A stretch of DNA of 64,000 bases from NCBI GenBank assembly GCA_965214705.1, contig OZ243972.1, forward strand, positions 2,176,001-2,240,000, in the 5' to 3' direction. The number at the start of each line of letters is the position of its first letter. Within the stretch, counting starts at the first letter, position 1. Both the position numbers and the translations under genes were made by a program. Below, piece after piece: positions 41,308-53,260 of the stretch. Source of the DNA: Alphaproteobacteria bacterium (lineage in GTDB: Bacteria; Pseudomonadota; Alphaproteobacteria; UBA828). The notes beneath the pieces were generated by a model. That model saw only the letters and a program-made list of their open reading frames with translations. It searched no databases and was not told where the DNA came from.

Positions 41308-42181
41308 ACGATAGCTGGCTTTGCGGCTCAGCGGATGTGTCTAAATCCAGCTCAAAGCCCTCTTGGCGGGGGGAGAAGTGAGCGAGGCGGCGCGCCATTA
41401 CGCGCGCTGCCTCGGGGTTGTTGTCGATGAGGAGGCACGAGCGACCGTGCTTGGCGGCGGCCTCGCCGAAGGTGCCGGAGCCTGCGAAGAAATCCATCAG
41501 CCTGTCGCCCGGCGATGAGTGCACCTTGACGATGCGCTCCAGCAGCCCGAGTGGCTTCTGGGTGGCGTAGCCCGTCTTCTCTTTCGAGTTGGTGGGCACG
41601 ATGGTGTGCCACCAGACGTCCGTCGGCGTCTTGCCGCGCGCGGCTTTCTCGGCCCCCACCAGCGATGGCGCCATGTAGGGGATGCGGTCAATCTCGTCGA
41701 AGTTGAAGATGTAGTGCGCCGGGTCCTTGGCGTACCAGAGAATGGTGTCGTGCTTGGCCGGCCAGCGATTCTTGGGCCGCCCGCCGTAATCGTAGGCCCA
41801 GATGATCTCGTTGATGAAGCACTCGCGCCCGAAGATGCGGTCCAGCAGCACCTTGCAGTAATGCGCCTCGCGGTAGTCGATATGGAAGAAAAGCGAGCCG
41901 GTGTTGACCAACACCCGATGGGCTTCCACCAGACGCGGCTCCAGGAAAGCCAAGTAATCGTCGAATTGATCGCCGTAGCTCGTGGCACCCAACGCTGTAG
42001 TCCGGTAGCGCTGGCCCTGGAAACCGGTTCTATCGCCCTCCTCGTCCCGCTCCGTCCGGATCGCGATCCGCCTTTGCGTCTTTCCGGTGTTGAAGGGCGG
42101 GTCGATATAGATCAGGTCTATGCTGTCTGGGCCAAGCGTAGGCAGAACCTTTAGATTGTCCTCAAGAACGATATGCAGCAT
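41288..42181 (-). CDS. Site-specific DNA methyltransferase (N6/N4 family, beta-class motif order)
   Basis: IYIDPPF (motif IV) precedes TQKP and DFFAGSGT (motif I); GGAGG RBS. Confidence 0.93.
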   Translation of the reverse strand: MLHIVLEDNLKVLPTLGPDSIDLIYIDPPFNTGKTQRRIAIRTERDEEGDRTGFQGQRYRTTALGATSYGDQFDDYLAFLEPRLVEAHRVLVNTGSLFFHIDYREAHYCKVLLDRIFGRECFINEIIWAYDYGGRPKNRWPAKHDTILWYAKDPAHYIFNFDEIDRIPYMAPSLVGAEKAARGKTPTDVWWHTIVPTNSKEKTGYATQKPLGLLERIVKVHSSPGDRLMDFFAGSGTFGEAAAKHGRSCLLIDNNPEAARVMARRLAHFSPRQEGFELDLDTSAEPQSQLSFGGDFG

Positions 42182-42345
42182 CGAGCGGCTTCCTCCCAGA
42201 CTGCCCACAGCGCGGATGTGATGGTCGACCGTGCCGACTCGCACAAGACAGGCCGAGGATGGCGCAGGGCCGCCTGCCGCGCAACGCTGCAGCGATGGAG
42301 GTCGGCGTAATCGGGTGCGCCGGCGTACCGCTGCCGGCGCCCGGC

Positions 42346-43743
42346 TTATGCGGTCATTGCCTTCAAGCCGTCCTCGAAGAAGAAGGCCTCCTCGCCGAAG
42401 GCGGGTTCGAGCTGGTCGAGCCACGTGGCCTTCGGATCGTAGCGCGCGAAGAACGGCCGCCCGACCCAGTCGGGATCGCGCCCTTGCAGGAAACGCAGCA
42501 CGAAGACCTTCTCGCCCGCGACCTCCTGCACGCCTAGCACCTCGACCTTGCCCGGCGTCGCGCTCATGCTCGGGCCCCGGACCGTCCGCGCCAAGCCTGA
42601 GACCTGCTCGATCGCGCCCCGGAAGACCTCCCAGCAGCGCTCCAGCGGCACCTCGAAGTAGTGCCGCGGGCCCGTGTCACGCTCCACGAACATGTAGTAG
42701 GGGATGACGCCGAGTCGCACCTGCTCGCGCCACATCTGGGCCCAGATGTCGGAGTCGTTGTTGATGTTGGCGAGCAGCGGCGCCTGGGCGCGGATCACCG
42801 CGCCGGTATCGCGGATGCGGCGGATCGCATCCTGCACCACGTCGGTCCTGAGCTCCTGCCAGTGATTGAAGTGGGCCATGATCGCGATATGGCGGCCCGC
42901 AACGACGAGATCCTCGAACAGGCGTAGCAGATCGTCCGCATCCTCGTCGTGGACGAAGCGATGCGGCCAGAAGGTGAGCGCCTTGGTACCGATCCGGATG
43001 TTCTGCACGTGGGCCAGTGCCGGGTCGTCGATGAAGGCCCTGAGATAGCCCTCCATCACCCGGGTCTTCATGATCATCGGGTCGCCGCCGGTGAACAGTA
43101 CGTCCGAGATGTTGGGATGGTCGGCGAGATAACGGTGCATGTTGACCGCATCCTTTGACGCGATCTTCAGCTCCTTATCGCCCACGAATTGCGCCCAGCG
43201 GAAGCAGAAGGTGCAGTAGGCGTGACAGGTCTGACCCTGGCTCGGGAAGAACAGCATTGTCTCGCGATACTTGTGCTGAAGTCCTTCCAGAGTCTCGCCT
43301 TCTTCCTGCGGAATGTTGAGCTCGCGTTGTCCGGCCGGATGCGGATTGAGGCGCGCGCGAATATCGGCGGCCGCCCCCTCGACTTCCTGCGGTGTGGCGT
43401 CGCGGGTCATGAGATCGGCGATCCGGCTGAAGTCGCCGCCTTCCAGCATTCCCCGCTGCGGGAAGACCAGCCGGTAGACCGGATCGTCCGGGATCCGGTC
43501 CCAGTCGATCAGATGCTCGATCACATAGCGGTTGGTGCGGAACGGCAGCACGGCGCTGACGACTTTCATGTCGAACAAGTCGTCGTCCGTGACGTTACCG
43601 TACTGAGAAATCGAATCGAGATTTCTCCGGGTCAGCGCCTTGAATTTGCCGTCCGGTGGCGCGACGACTTTCAGATCACGAAGACGGTTCGCGCCCGGCC
43701 CTTCTCGAAGAGCCGCCGACCCCGGGATCGTATCAATATTCAC
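42346..43743 (-). CDS. KamA family radical SAM protein (lysine 2,3-aminomutase-like)
   Basis: QHKY, CHAYCTFC (CxxxCxxC), LFTGGDP, IRIGT, PYYMF, PGKV; AAGGAG RBS. Confidence 0.88.
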   Translation of the reverse strand: MNIDTIPGSAALREGPGANRLRDLKVVAPPDGKFKALTRRNLDSISQYGNVTDDDLFDMKVVSAVLPFRTNRYVIEHLIDWDRIPDDPVYRLVFPQRGMLEGGDFSRIADLMTRDATPQEVEGAAADIRARLNPHPAGQRELNIPQEEGETLEGLQHKYRETMLFFPSQGQTCHAYCTFCFRWAQFVGDKELKIASKDAVNMHRYLADHPNISDVLFTGGDPMIMKTRVMEGYLRAFIDDPALAHVQNIRIGTKALTFWPHRFVHDEDADDLLRLFEDLVVAGRHIAIMAHFNHWQELRTDVVQDAIRRIRDTGAVIRAQAPLLANINNDSDIWAQMWREQVRLGVIPYYMFVERDTGPRHYFEVPLERCWEVFRGAIEQVSGLARTVRGPSMSATPGKVEVLGVQEVAGEKVFVLRFLQGRDPDWVGRPFFARYDPKATWLDQLEPAFGEEAFFFEDGLKAMTA

Positions 43744-43781
43744 TGTTGCGTCTCCTTAGGGTCATTAGGCTTTATTACTCT

Positions 43782-43817
43782 TTCACCTTTTATAGCACAT
43801 CGCGTCCAAAAGGTGAA
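43782..43817. promoter_or_regulatory. Perfect 10-bp inverted repeat (putative operator) between kamA-like and ABC operon
   Basis: TTCACCTTTT-N16-AAAAGGTGAA overlapping a minus-strand TGCTATAAA extended -10-like box. Confidence 0.55.
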
Positions 43818-43980
43818 GGTTTGGGCTTGGCGGGCGGCGCGTGCCTGGGCTCGGCGCGGACCCCGCCAGGGCAGGGGCGGCGTTGACACGGTCCTCGCTT
43901 GATATGCATGGTTGCCTCACGGGAGAGCAGCGGATTCTCGATGCGTCGCTGCGACAATGAAGAACAGGGAGGCTTCACAC

Positions 43981-45174
43981 ATGAAAATGATGAGAGTCGC
44001 TTGCGTCGCACTCGGGTTGGTGGCGGCGACATCATTGGGCTTCAGCCACCAGGCCACCGCAGACGAAGATCCGATCGTCATCGGCGCCGCCGTTGCGTTG
44101 AGCGGATTCGTCGCACCGTACGATGACGGCCCGCAGAAGGCGGCCCAGCTTGCCGTCAAGGTCATCAACGAGCGGGGCGGTGTGCTTGGTCGTCAGATCG
44201 AGATGGTCTTCGCGGATACGAAGTCGGACATCGCCCACGGCGCCAACGCCGGCCTCGAGGTGCTCGACCAGGGCGCGCAAATGGTGCTCGTGACCTGCGA
44301 CTACGACTTCGGCGGCGGTGCGGCGTCGGTCGCCAACGCGCGCGGCATCATCGCGTTCTCGAGCTGTGCCGCCGATCCCAAGTTCGGCGTTCAGGGCATC
44401 GGGCCATACGCCTTCACCATGTCGATCGGAACGCCCGGCCAGGGCGCCCTCATGGCGGAGTGGGGATACAACAACCAGGGCTATCGCACCGCCTACATGC
44501 TGGTCGACCCGACTGTGGAATTCGATGTCTCCCTGTGCCGGTCGTTCAAGGAGAGATGGATCGAGATCGCGGGCGAGGACTCGTTCCTCGGCGAGGACAC
44601 CTTCCAGAACAACGATCCGTCCATCGCCTCCCAGATCACGCGGCTCAAGGCGCTGGATCCCCAGCCTGATGCGATCATGTACTGCTCCTATCCTCCGGGT
44701 GGCGCGGCCGCGCTCAAGCAGCTGCGTGCCGCCGGTGTGAACATCCCGATGCTCAGCGGCGAGGGCATGGGCGGCAATTACTGGCTCGACGCCGTGCCGA
44801 ACCTGAGCGGCCTCTACTACGCGATCTACGGCTCGATCTTCGGCGACGACCCACGCCCGGAAATCAACGAAGTGCTCGATAAGTTCATCGAGATGCATGG
44901 CGGCCCGCCCGCCACCGGCCAGATGTACACCGGCTACGCCGCCATCGAGACCTGGGCCCAGGCCGTCGAGAAGGCCGGGTCGCTGGACGGTGATGCCGTG
45001 CGCGAGGTGCTGGAGAGCTACACCGACGAGCCCTCCCTGGTCGGGGCGACGACCTATACGCCGGAGCTTCACATGAGCGTGACCCGGCCGATGACGATCA
45101 TGCAGGTGCAAGACGGCAAGCACAGCGCCATCGGTGTGTTCCGTCCGACCAAGGCCGCCTCGATCGTCTTCTGA
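43981..45174 (+). CDS. ABC transporter substrate-binding protein (LivK/branched-chain type)
   Basis: Signal peptide, IVIGAAVALSG, INERGGVLGRQI; GGGAGG RBS. Confidence 0.9.
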   Translation: MKMMRVACVALGLVAATSLGFSHQATADEDPIVIGAAVALSGFVAPYDDGPQKAAQLAVKVINERGGVLGRQIEMVFADTKSDIAHGANAGLEVLDQGAQMVLVTCDYDFGGGAASVANARGIIAFSSCAADPKFGVQGIGPYAFTMSIGTPGQGALMAEWGYNNQGYRTAYMLVDPTVEFDVSLCRSFKERWIEIAGEDSFLGEDTFQNNDPSIASQITRLKALDPQPDAIMYCSYPPGGAAALKQLRAAGVNIPMLSGEGMGGNYWLDAVPNLSGLYYAIYGSIFGDDPRPEINEVLDKFIEMHGGPPATGQMYTGYAAIETWAQAVEKAGSLDGDAVREVLESYTDEPSLVGATTYTPELHMSVTRPMTIMQVQDGKHSAIGVFRPTKAASIVF

Positions 45175-45206
45175 TCCGCCACGAAGGAGATCGTCGGCAG
45201 GAGGAC

Positions 45207-45953
45207 ATGCAGAGCGTGCGTGCCGCTGATAGCGGGACGCTGGAAGCGCGAGACGTTCATGTGCGGTTCGAAGGCGTTCGTGCGATCAGCGGCGCGAGCC
45301 TGCATTTGGGTCAGAACGAAATTCTCGGCCTCATCGGGCCGAACGGCGCGGGCAAGACCACTCTCGTCAACGTCCTGACCGGGTTTCAAAGACCGGACAA
45401 GGGCAGCGTGTGGCTCTCCGGCCGGAACGTAACCGGACGGACGCCGTTTCAGTTGGCGCGGGACGGGGTGGCGCGGACGTTTCAGGGAGTCCGTCTCTTC
45501 GGCGGTCTCAGCGTATTTCAAAACGTGGAAGCGGGCGCGCTTGGCGTCGGCCTCGGCGGCCAGCGGGCGCGCGAGCGCGCGGACGAAGTGTTGCAATGGC
45601 TCAATCTGGCTTCCCAGGCTATGGCTCGGGCCGATGCCCTGCCCTTCGGGGAAGAGCGGCGTGTCGGCATCGCCCGTGCTCTCGCCATGCGCCCGCGCTT
45701 CCTTCTGCTTGACGAGCCGGCGGCCGGACTCAACGAGCGCGAGTGCGACGAGTTGCGGGAGGTTATCCGGGACATCCGCCGCCGCCTGGACTGCGGCGTG
45801 CTGCTGATCGAACACAACATGGCCGTCATCATGGGCCTCTGCGACCGCATCCACGTGCTCGATCAGGGTCGCTCCATTGCCGAGGGGGCACCCTCAGACA
45901 TTCGCGCGAACTCCGATGTCAAGAGGGCCTATCTCGGCGAGGACTTCGTGTAG
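45207..45953 (+). CDS. ABC ATP-binding protein (LivG-like)
   Basis: GPNGAGKT, ARTFQ, LLDEPAAG, IEHNM. Confidence 0.92.
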   Translation: MQSVRAADSGTLEARDVHVRFEGVRAISGASLHLGQNEILGLIGPNGAGKTTLVNVLTGFQRPDKGSVWLSGRNVTGRTPFQLARDGVARTFQGVRLFGGLSVFQNVEAGALGVGLGGQRARERADEVLQWLNLASQAMARADALPFGEERRVGIARALAMRPRFLLLDEPAAGLNERECDELREVIRDIRRRLDCGVLLIEHNMAVIMGLCDRIHVLDQGRSIAEGAPSDIRANSDVKRAYLGEDFV

Positions 45954-45956
45954 CCC

Positions 45957-46676
45957 GTGTTGGCAACCGAGGAACTGAGCGTCACCTACGGCAACATCCT
46001 GGCGTTGGGTGGCGTTTCGCTCCGTATCGAAGAGCGCGAGATCGTGTCCGTCATCGGGCCGAACGGTGCCGGCAAGTCGTCGCTGCTCAATGCGATCGCC
46101 GGCGTCGTGCCGGTCGCTTCGGGCAGCATCGAGTTCGAGGGCCAGACGATTGCGGGCACCGCGCCTGAAGAGCTCGTGCGTCTGGGCATTTCTCTGGTTC
46201 CGGAAGGGCGGCACATCTTTGGGGGCCTCACGGTTGCCGAGAACATACGCATCGGCGCTGTCGCACGCCGCGACCGCAACGCGATCGACGGCGACGTGGA
46301 GCGCGTGCTCGCCATGTTTCCCGTGCTTCGCGAGCGCCTGCGTCAGCCGGCGGGCAAGCTCTCCGGCGGTGAGCAGCAGATGCTCGCGATCGGGCGCGCT
46401 CTGCTGGCACGGCCTCGCCTGCTTTTGATCGACGAACCCTCGCTCGGCCTGGCACCCCTCGTCGTCAGCGAGGTCTATCGTGCGATCGCCGATCTTCGTG
46501 CAGAGGGCGTGACCATTCTTATCGTGGAGCAGAGCGCGACACGGGCGCTCGAAGCTGCGGACCGCACCTACGTGCTGGCTTCCGGCAGCATCGTGATGGC
46601 CGGTGACGCGGCGGAGTTGCGTGCGGAAGAGGGCTTCGAGGACGCCTATTTCGGCTACAAGGCGCGTGATCCATGA
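45957..46676 (+). CDS. ABC ATP-binding protein (LivF-like)
   Basis: GPNGAGKS, VPEGR, LSGGEQQM, DEPSLG. Confidence 0.92.
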   Translation: MLATEELSVTYGNILALGGVSLRIEEREIVSVIGPNGAGKSSLLNAIAGVVPVASGSIEFEGQTIAGTAPEELVRLGISLVPEGRHIFGGLTVAENIRIGAVARRDRNAIDGDVERVLAMFPVLRERLRQPAGKLSGGEQQMLAIGRALLARPRLLLIDEPSLGLAPLVVSEVYRAIADLRAEGVTILIVEQSATRALEAADRTYVLASGSIVMAGDAAELRAEEGFEDAYFGYKARDP

Positions 46677-47557
46677 CGTTCATCCTGCAGAACATCGTGG
46701 ATGCGATCAGTCTGGGCGCGCTCTATGCGCTGACCGCGCTCGGTATCGGGCTGATCTTCGGCATCATGCGCCTGATCAACTTTGCCCATGGCGAGTTGAT
46801 CATGCTGGGCGCCTACGCGCTGTTTTTCACCTTCGGCATGCACGAGGCCATCATGGGGCTCGTTGCCATGGCTCTCGTGATCGCTGCGGCAATCGTGATG
46901 GAACGGGTCGCATTCCGGCCGCTGCGGCGCGCCAACCCGGCAACGCTCCTGATCGCGTCATTCGCGCTCGCTTATTTCCTCCAGCACCTCGTTCTCCTGA
47001 TTTTCGGTGCGCGCCCCAAGAGCGTCACCTTCCTCTACGAGCTGAGCGAGTATTTCGTCGTCGAGGGCTTGCGCATTCCGAAGCTCCAGGTGGTGACTAT
47101 AGCGATCACCATCGTGTTGCTGGTCGGGCTGGTCGTCTTCTTCCGCCGCAGCAGCATCGGCACGCAGATGCGCGCCGCCGCCGAGGACTTCGGCATGGCG
47201 CGACTCGTGGGCGTGCGTGCCAACTCCGTCATCGCGATCGCCTTCCTTCTCAGCGGGGTGCTCGCCGGGATCATTTCGCTGCTCTACGTGGTGCAGACGG
47301 GGACGCTCACCCCGCGGATGGGCGTGAGCCTCGTGCTCGTCGCCTTTGTCGCCACCGTGATCGGCGGCATGGGCAGCCTGGTCGGTGCGGCCGTCGGCGG
47401 TCTTGTGGTCGGTGTTCTGACGGTGGCGTTGCAGGCGGTCCTTACGGTCGAGCTCAGGCCCTATCGCGATGCCTTCGTATTCGCGGTTCTGATCGGCTTC
47501 CTCCTGGTTCGTCCGCAGGGCCTGCTGCGCGGCCGCAGCGCGCGGGAGCGCATCTAG
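46673..47557 (+). CDS. ABC permease (LivH-like)
   Basis: INFAHGE, IGGMGS, RPQGL. Confidence 0.92.
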   Translation: MTFILQNIVDAISLGALYALTALGIGLIFGIMRLINFAHGELIMLGAYALFFTFGMHEAIMGLVAMALVIAAAIVMERVAFRPLRRANPATLLIASFALAYFLQHLVLLIFGARPKSVTFLYELSEYFVVEGLRIPKLQVVTIAITIVLLVGLVVFFRRSSIGTQMRAAAEDFGMARLVGVRANSVIAIAFLLSGVLAGIISLLYVVQTGTLTPRMGVSLVLVAFVATVIGGMGSLVGAAVGGLVVGVLTVALQAVLTVELRPYRDAFVFAVLIGFLLVRPQGLLRGRSARERI

Positions 47558-47560
47558 CCG

Positions 47561-48586
47561 ATGATCGGCCGGGTGGAAAAGACCGCGAGGCTGATCTGGC
47601 CGGTTCTCTCCCTCGCGCTCGTTTTGGTCGTCCTGGCCGCTCTCCTTTCGCTCGGGCCGATGCCCCTGCAACGCACGGCGACCGAGGCGTTCATCCGGCT
47701 GATCGTCGTTATCGGGCTCTACATTTTCATCGGGAACTCCGGGATCCTCTCCTTCGGGCACGTGAGCTTCATGGCCATCGGCGCCTACGGGTCCGCCTTG
47801 CTGACCATCCCGCCCAACATGAAGAAGATCGTTCTCGATCTGCCTCCCTTCCTGACGGCCCTGCAGTTGCCGACGATCCCCGCGGCTTTGATCGCGGGAA
47901 CGCTCTCGACCGTCTTCGCCTTCGTCATCGGCGTGCCGCTGATGCGTCTCTCGGGCATCTCGGCCGCGATGGGCACCTTCGCCTCGCTCGCCATCGTCTA
48001 CGTGGTGATCTCCAACTGGAAAGAGGTGACCGGAGGAGCGAGCGCCCTGATCGGGTTGCCGGTCTACACGGACATCTGGGTCGCCTTGATCTATGCGCTG
48101 CTCGCGCTTGGGCTGGCCTACGCCTACCAGGAGTCCCGCTACGGGAGGCGCCTGCGCGCTTCGCGCGAGAACGAGGTCGCAGCGCTGGCGACCGGCATCA
48201 ATGTGCGGCGGGAGCGGCTGATCGCGTTCGTCTTCAGCGCCTTTATCGTGGGTTTCGGCGGCGTACTGCACGCGCATTTCATCGGTGTTCTGTCGTCGAG
48301 CTCGTTCTATCTGGACGTCACGTTCATCACCCTGGCCATGCTGGTGATCGGCGGCATGAACAGCCTGGCCGGCGCGGTGACGGGAACCATCGTGGTGAGC
48401 GTGCTCGGCGAGCTGCTGCGCCTGATCGAGGCCGGTTTCGACATCGGCACGTTGCACCTGGCGGCGCCGCGCGGCTTGCGTGAGGTCGGGCTATCATTCT
48501 TGATGCTCATGATTCTGCTGTTTCGCCCGCAAGGACTCACGTCGGGTCGGGAGATCGCATGGCCGCTCGCATCTAAGGCGGGCTGA
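47561..48586 (+). CDS. ABC permease (LivM-like)
   Basis: SFGHVSFMAIGAY, RENE, IGGM, RPQGL. Confidence 0.92.
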   Translation: MIGRVEKTARLIWPVLSLALVLVVLAALLSLGPMPLQRTATEAFIRLIVVIGLYIFIGNSGILSFGHVSFMAIGAYGSALLTIPPNMKKIVLDLPPFLTALQLPTIPAALIAGTLSTVFAFVIGVPLMRLSGISAAMGTFASLAIVYVVISNWKEVTGGASALIGLPVYTDIWVALIYALLALGLAYAYQESRYGRRLRASRENEVAALATGINVRRERLIAFVFSAFIVGFGGVLHAHFIGVLSSSSFYLDVTFITLAMLVIGGMNSLAGAVTGTIVVSVLGELLRLIEAGFDIGTLHLAAPRGLREVGLSFLMLMILLFRPQGLTSGREIAWPLASKAG

Positions 48587-48596
48587 AGGAGGTCAC

Positions 48597-50039
48597 ATGA
48601 CGACGAAAGCGAACGAAATCTGCCGGATGGACGCCGTGACGCTCGCGGCGCGGGTGCGGGGCAAGGAGCTTTCGGCGGTCGAGGTTGCCGAGGCGGTGAC
48701 CGCCCACATGGAGCAGGTGGAGCCCCACGTGCACGCCTTCTGCACGCCGGCGCCGGACTATGCCCGTGAAGCCGCCCGCCAGGTGGATGCCAAGATCGCG
48801 GCGGGCGAAGACCCCGGCCCGCTCGCGGGCGTGCCGGTCGGCATCAAGGACCTCGTCTGCACCAAGGACCTGTCCACTGTCTCCGGCTCCATCGCCTACA
48901 AGGATTTCGTGGCAGAGGAGGACGACGTGGTGGTCGAGCGCCTGCGGGATGCGGGCGCGGTCATCCTGGGCAAGACCAACGTGCCGGAGTTCGGCTACAG
49001 CGGCGCGAGCCACAACGCCGTGTTCGAGGCGACGCGCAACCCGTGGAACCTGGAGCGCGCGCCCGGCGGCTCCAGCGCGGGCTCCGGCGCGGCGGTGGCA
49101 GCGGGTATGGGGCCGCTCGCGGTCGGCAGCGACGGTGGCGGCTCGGTGCGCATTCCGGCCTCCTTCTCCGGGCTGGTGGGGGTCAAGGCGTCGATGGGTC
49201 GGGTGCCGCTCTACCCCGGATGCCGGGACGAGCGTTATCCCGGCGTCTCCAGCTGGGAGGGGGTCGAGCACATCGGCCCCTTGTCGCGGACGGTGGCGGA
49301 CTCGGCGCTCATGCTCTCGGTCATGGCCGGGCCAGACGACCGGGACCGCCACTCGCTCCCCGCTGCCGACTTCGACTGGACGGACGTCGGCGGTGATCTC
49401 AAGGGCTGCCGCGTGGCCTACAGCGCCGACTGGGGCTATGCCGCCGTCGATCCCGAGGTGCGCCAGATCGTGGGCGATGCGGTCAAGGTGTTCGAGAGCG
49501 AGCTCGGCTGCACCGTGGAGGAGGCCGACCCCGGCTGGGACGACCCCTACTTCACCTTCTGGGGCCTGGTGGCGGCGGAGACCGACCTTGCCGGGATGCG
49601 GCGGCTGGTGGCGGAGCATGGCCCGCAAATGACGCCCCATCTGGTGGACTTCATTACCCGGCCCTGGACGGCGGAAGACCTGACCAACGCCGTGATCGGG
49701 CGCAAGGCGGTGGTCAACAAGATGTGGCGCTTCATGCGCAACTACGACGTTCTGCTGACGCCGACGCTGGCGTGCCCACCCTTCGGGCTCTACATGCAAG
49801 GGCCGGAGATCATCGAGGGGCGCCTGGTGCCGCCCTTCGCCTGGCTCGCCTTCACCTTTCCGCTTAACATGACCGGCCAGCCCGCCGCCAGCATGCCTGC
49901 CGGCTGGACGGCGGACGGGCTCCCCGTTGGGCTGCAGATCGTGGGCCGCCACCTCGACGACCCGATGGTGCTGCGCGCGGCGGCGGCCTTCGAGTCCGCC
50001 CGTCCCTGGCGCGACCGCTGGCCGGCGCTGGTTTCGTAA
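48597..50039 (+). CDS. Amidase signature family protein
   Basis: GVPVGIKD, GKTNVPEFG, GGSSAG, SDGGGSVRIPAS. Confidence 0.93.
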   Translation: MTTKANEICRMDAVTLAARVRGKELSAVEVAEAVTAHMEQVEPHVHAFCTPAPDYAREAARQVDAKIAAGEDPGPLAGVPVGIKDLVCTKDLSTVSGSIAYKDFVAEEDDVVVERLRDAGAVILGKTNVPEFGYSGASHNAVFEATRNPWNLERAPGGSSAGSGAAVAAGMGPLAVGSDGGGSVRIPASFSGLVGVKASMGRVPLYPGCRDERYPGVSSWEGVEHIGPLSRTVADSALMLSVMAGPDDRDRHSLPAADFDWTDVGGDLKGCRVAYSADWGYAAVDPEVRQIVGDAVKVFESELGCTVEEADPGWDDPYFTFWGLVAAETDLAGMRRLVAEHGPQMTPHLVDFITRPWTAEDLTNAVIGRKAVVNKMWRFMRNYDVLLTPTLACPPFGLYMQGPEIIEGRLVPPFAWLAFTFPLNMTGQPAASMPAGWTADGLPVGLQIVGRHLDDPMVLRAAAAFESARPWRDRWPALVS

Positions 50040-50067
50040 CGCTACGCGGCAGGTAGGCCGCGGCGGG

Positions 50068-50607
50068 TTACTCCGCGGCCGCCGGCACCCGCTCAATGCC
50101 GTGCTCGGTCAGCTTGTGGCCGCGCCGCTCGGCTTCCTCCAGCACGTCGTCGCGCCAGGTCACGCGGCCGGGGTCGGTGGCGCCCACGATGACGAAGAGC
50201 AGGCCTTCCTCATCACTCACGTTGCGGAAGCCCCGCATCACGTGGGGCGGGCAGGAGGCGACGTCCCACGGGTCGAGGAAAACGCAGCGGGTGTCCTCGT
50301 CGTCGCCCCAGAAGACTTTCCAGCGGCCCTTGAGCGGCATGAAGACCTCGTTGGTCTCGTGATCGTGGTGCAGCGTGCCCTTGCCGGCCTCGCAGCGCAC
50401 GACGGCAACGTTGAAGTCGCGATTGTCGGTGATCGTGGCCTTCTGGGTCGCGTCCTCGCCCACGCCGCGCCCGATGATGTGGAAGATCTCGCGCTCGCAG
50501 CCGGGGATCACCGCGTCCAGCATGGGCAGCGTGCTGCCTTGCAGTTGGTTGAAGCGCGCCACTCGCGTCTTCTCGAACTCGTCCACCGAGATGATGTCGT
50601 CGCTCAT
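50068..50607 (-). CDS. Cupin domain protein
   Basis: HHDHETNEVF...G.W and PPHVMRGFRN cupin motifs; AGGAGG RBS. Confidence 0.85.
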   Translation of the reverse strand: MSDDIISVDEFEKTRVARFNQLQGSTLPMLDAVIPGCEREIFHIIGRGVGEDATQKATITDNRDFNVAVVRCEAGKGTLHHDHETNEVFMPLKGRWKVFWGDDEDTRCVFLDPWDVASCPPHVMRGFRNVSDEEGLLFVIVGATDPGRVTWRDDVLEEAERRGHKLTEHGIERVPAAAE

Positions 50608-50630
50608 CGCTCTGCCTCCTGTCGTCTCTC

Positions 50631-52559
<1,929 letters not shown>

Positions 52560-52563
<4 letters not shown>

Positions 52564-53126
52564 AGGTCCACCGGCCGCGGGCCCGAGCGCGGCTGGTCAA
52601 AGTCCGAATCGTCGCCCACGTCCGGAAACGCGAGGAGGTGATCGACGAAGCTGCCCGAGGAAGTCACGCGACGGCTCTCGACCAATGCGACGCCCGCGTC
52701 GGACAACGCCCAGACCCCGCGCGGCGAATCGTCGCGGAGATATCCGTCTTGAACCAGGTCTTCGCGTGCCGACTTCACGGTACTTCTCCATCTGTCGTCG
52801 CCCGCGCTGATTCGATCGAAATCGCCGGGCGTCATGTAGCGTTTCACGCGCTCTCTCAGGGCCGGATAAACTTCGCGCCCACTCGCGCTGCCGCCTCGCT
52901 CATAGATGACATCCATGAGGGGCTCTCTAACGGTTTCCTCCGGTGGTCCCGGAGCATGATCGCCGCTTGGTGGAACGGGGACTGCGGCCGTTGGGGCGTG
53001 TGTCTCACGATAGCGTTCGGCGGCGTCCAGCGCCTTCGCAAGGGCCGAGTCCGCCGAGTCCACGAGCGGCTCCGCCCACGCCTTCAGTCGTTGCATCGAT
53101 TCGTCAGAAATGCGGATTGTCGGCAC
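52560..53126 (-). CDS. Putative antitoxin: RHH-like N-terminus + Mrr N-terminal winged helix + VapB-like tail
   Basis: PTIRISDE..RLK; RW...AR..L...GYL....RGVWALS..G (Mrr_N); SFVDHLLAFP..GDDSDF..PR...RPVDL tail; GAGGA RBS before GTG 53126. Confidence 0.75.
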
Positions 53127-53170
53127 GGCACCATTCCTCGAACGAGACGATGTGAGTTTATTTGTAAGTA

Positions 53171-53199
53171 ATAATGTGACAAACAATCCAAAGTGTCAA
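53171..53199 (-). promoter_or_regulatory. Sigma70 promoter for the antitoxin-vapC operon
   Basis: Minus strand TTGACA-N17-CATTAT in an AT-rich patch. Confidence 0.65.
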
Positions 53200-53260
53200 C
53201 CACGCTATTCAGGAGCCGTCAGCATGCTGCGTTAGACCATAAGTAGCGACGCGGGAAGGC

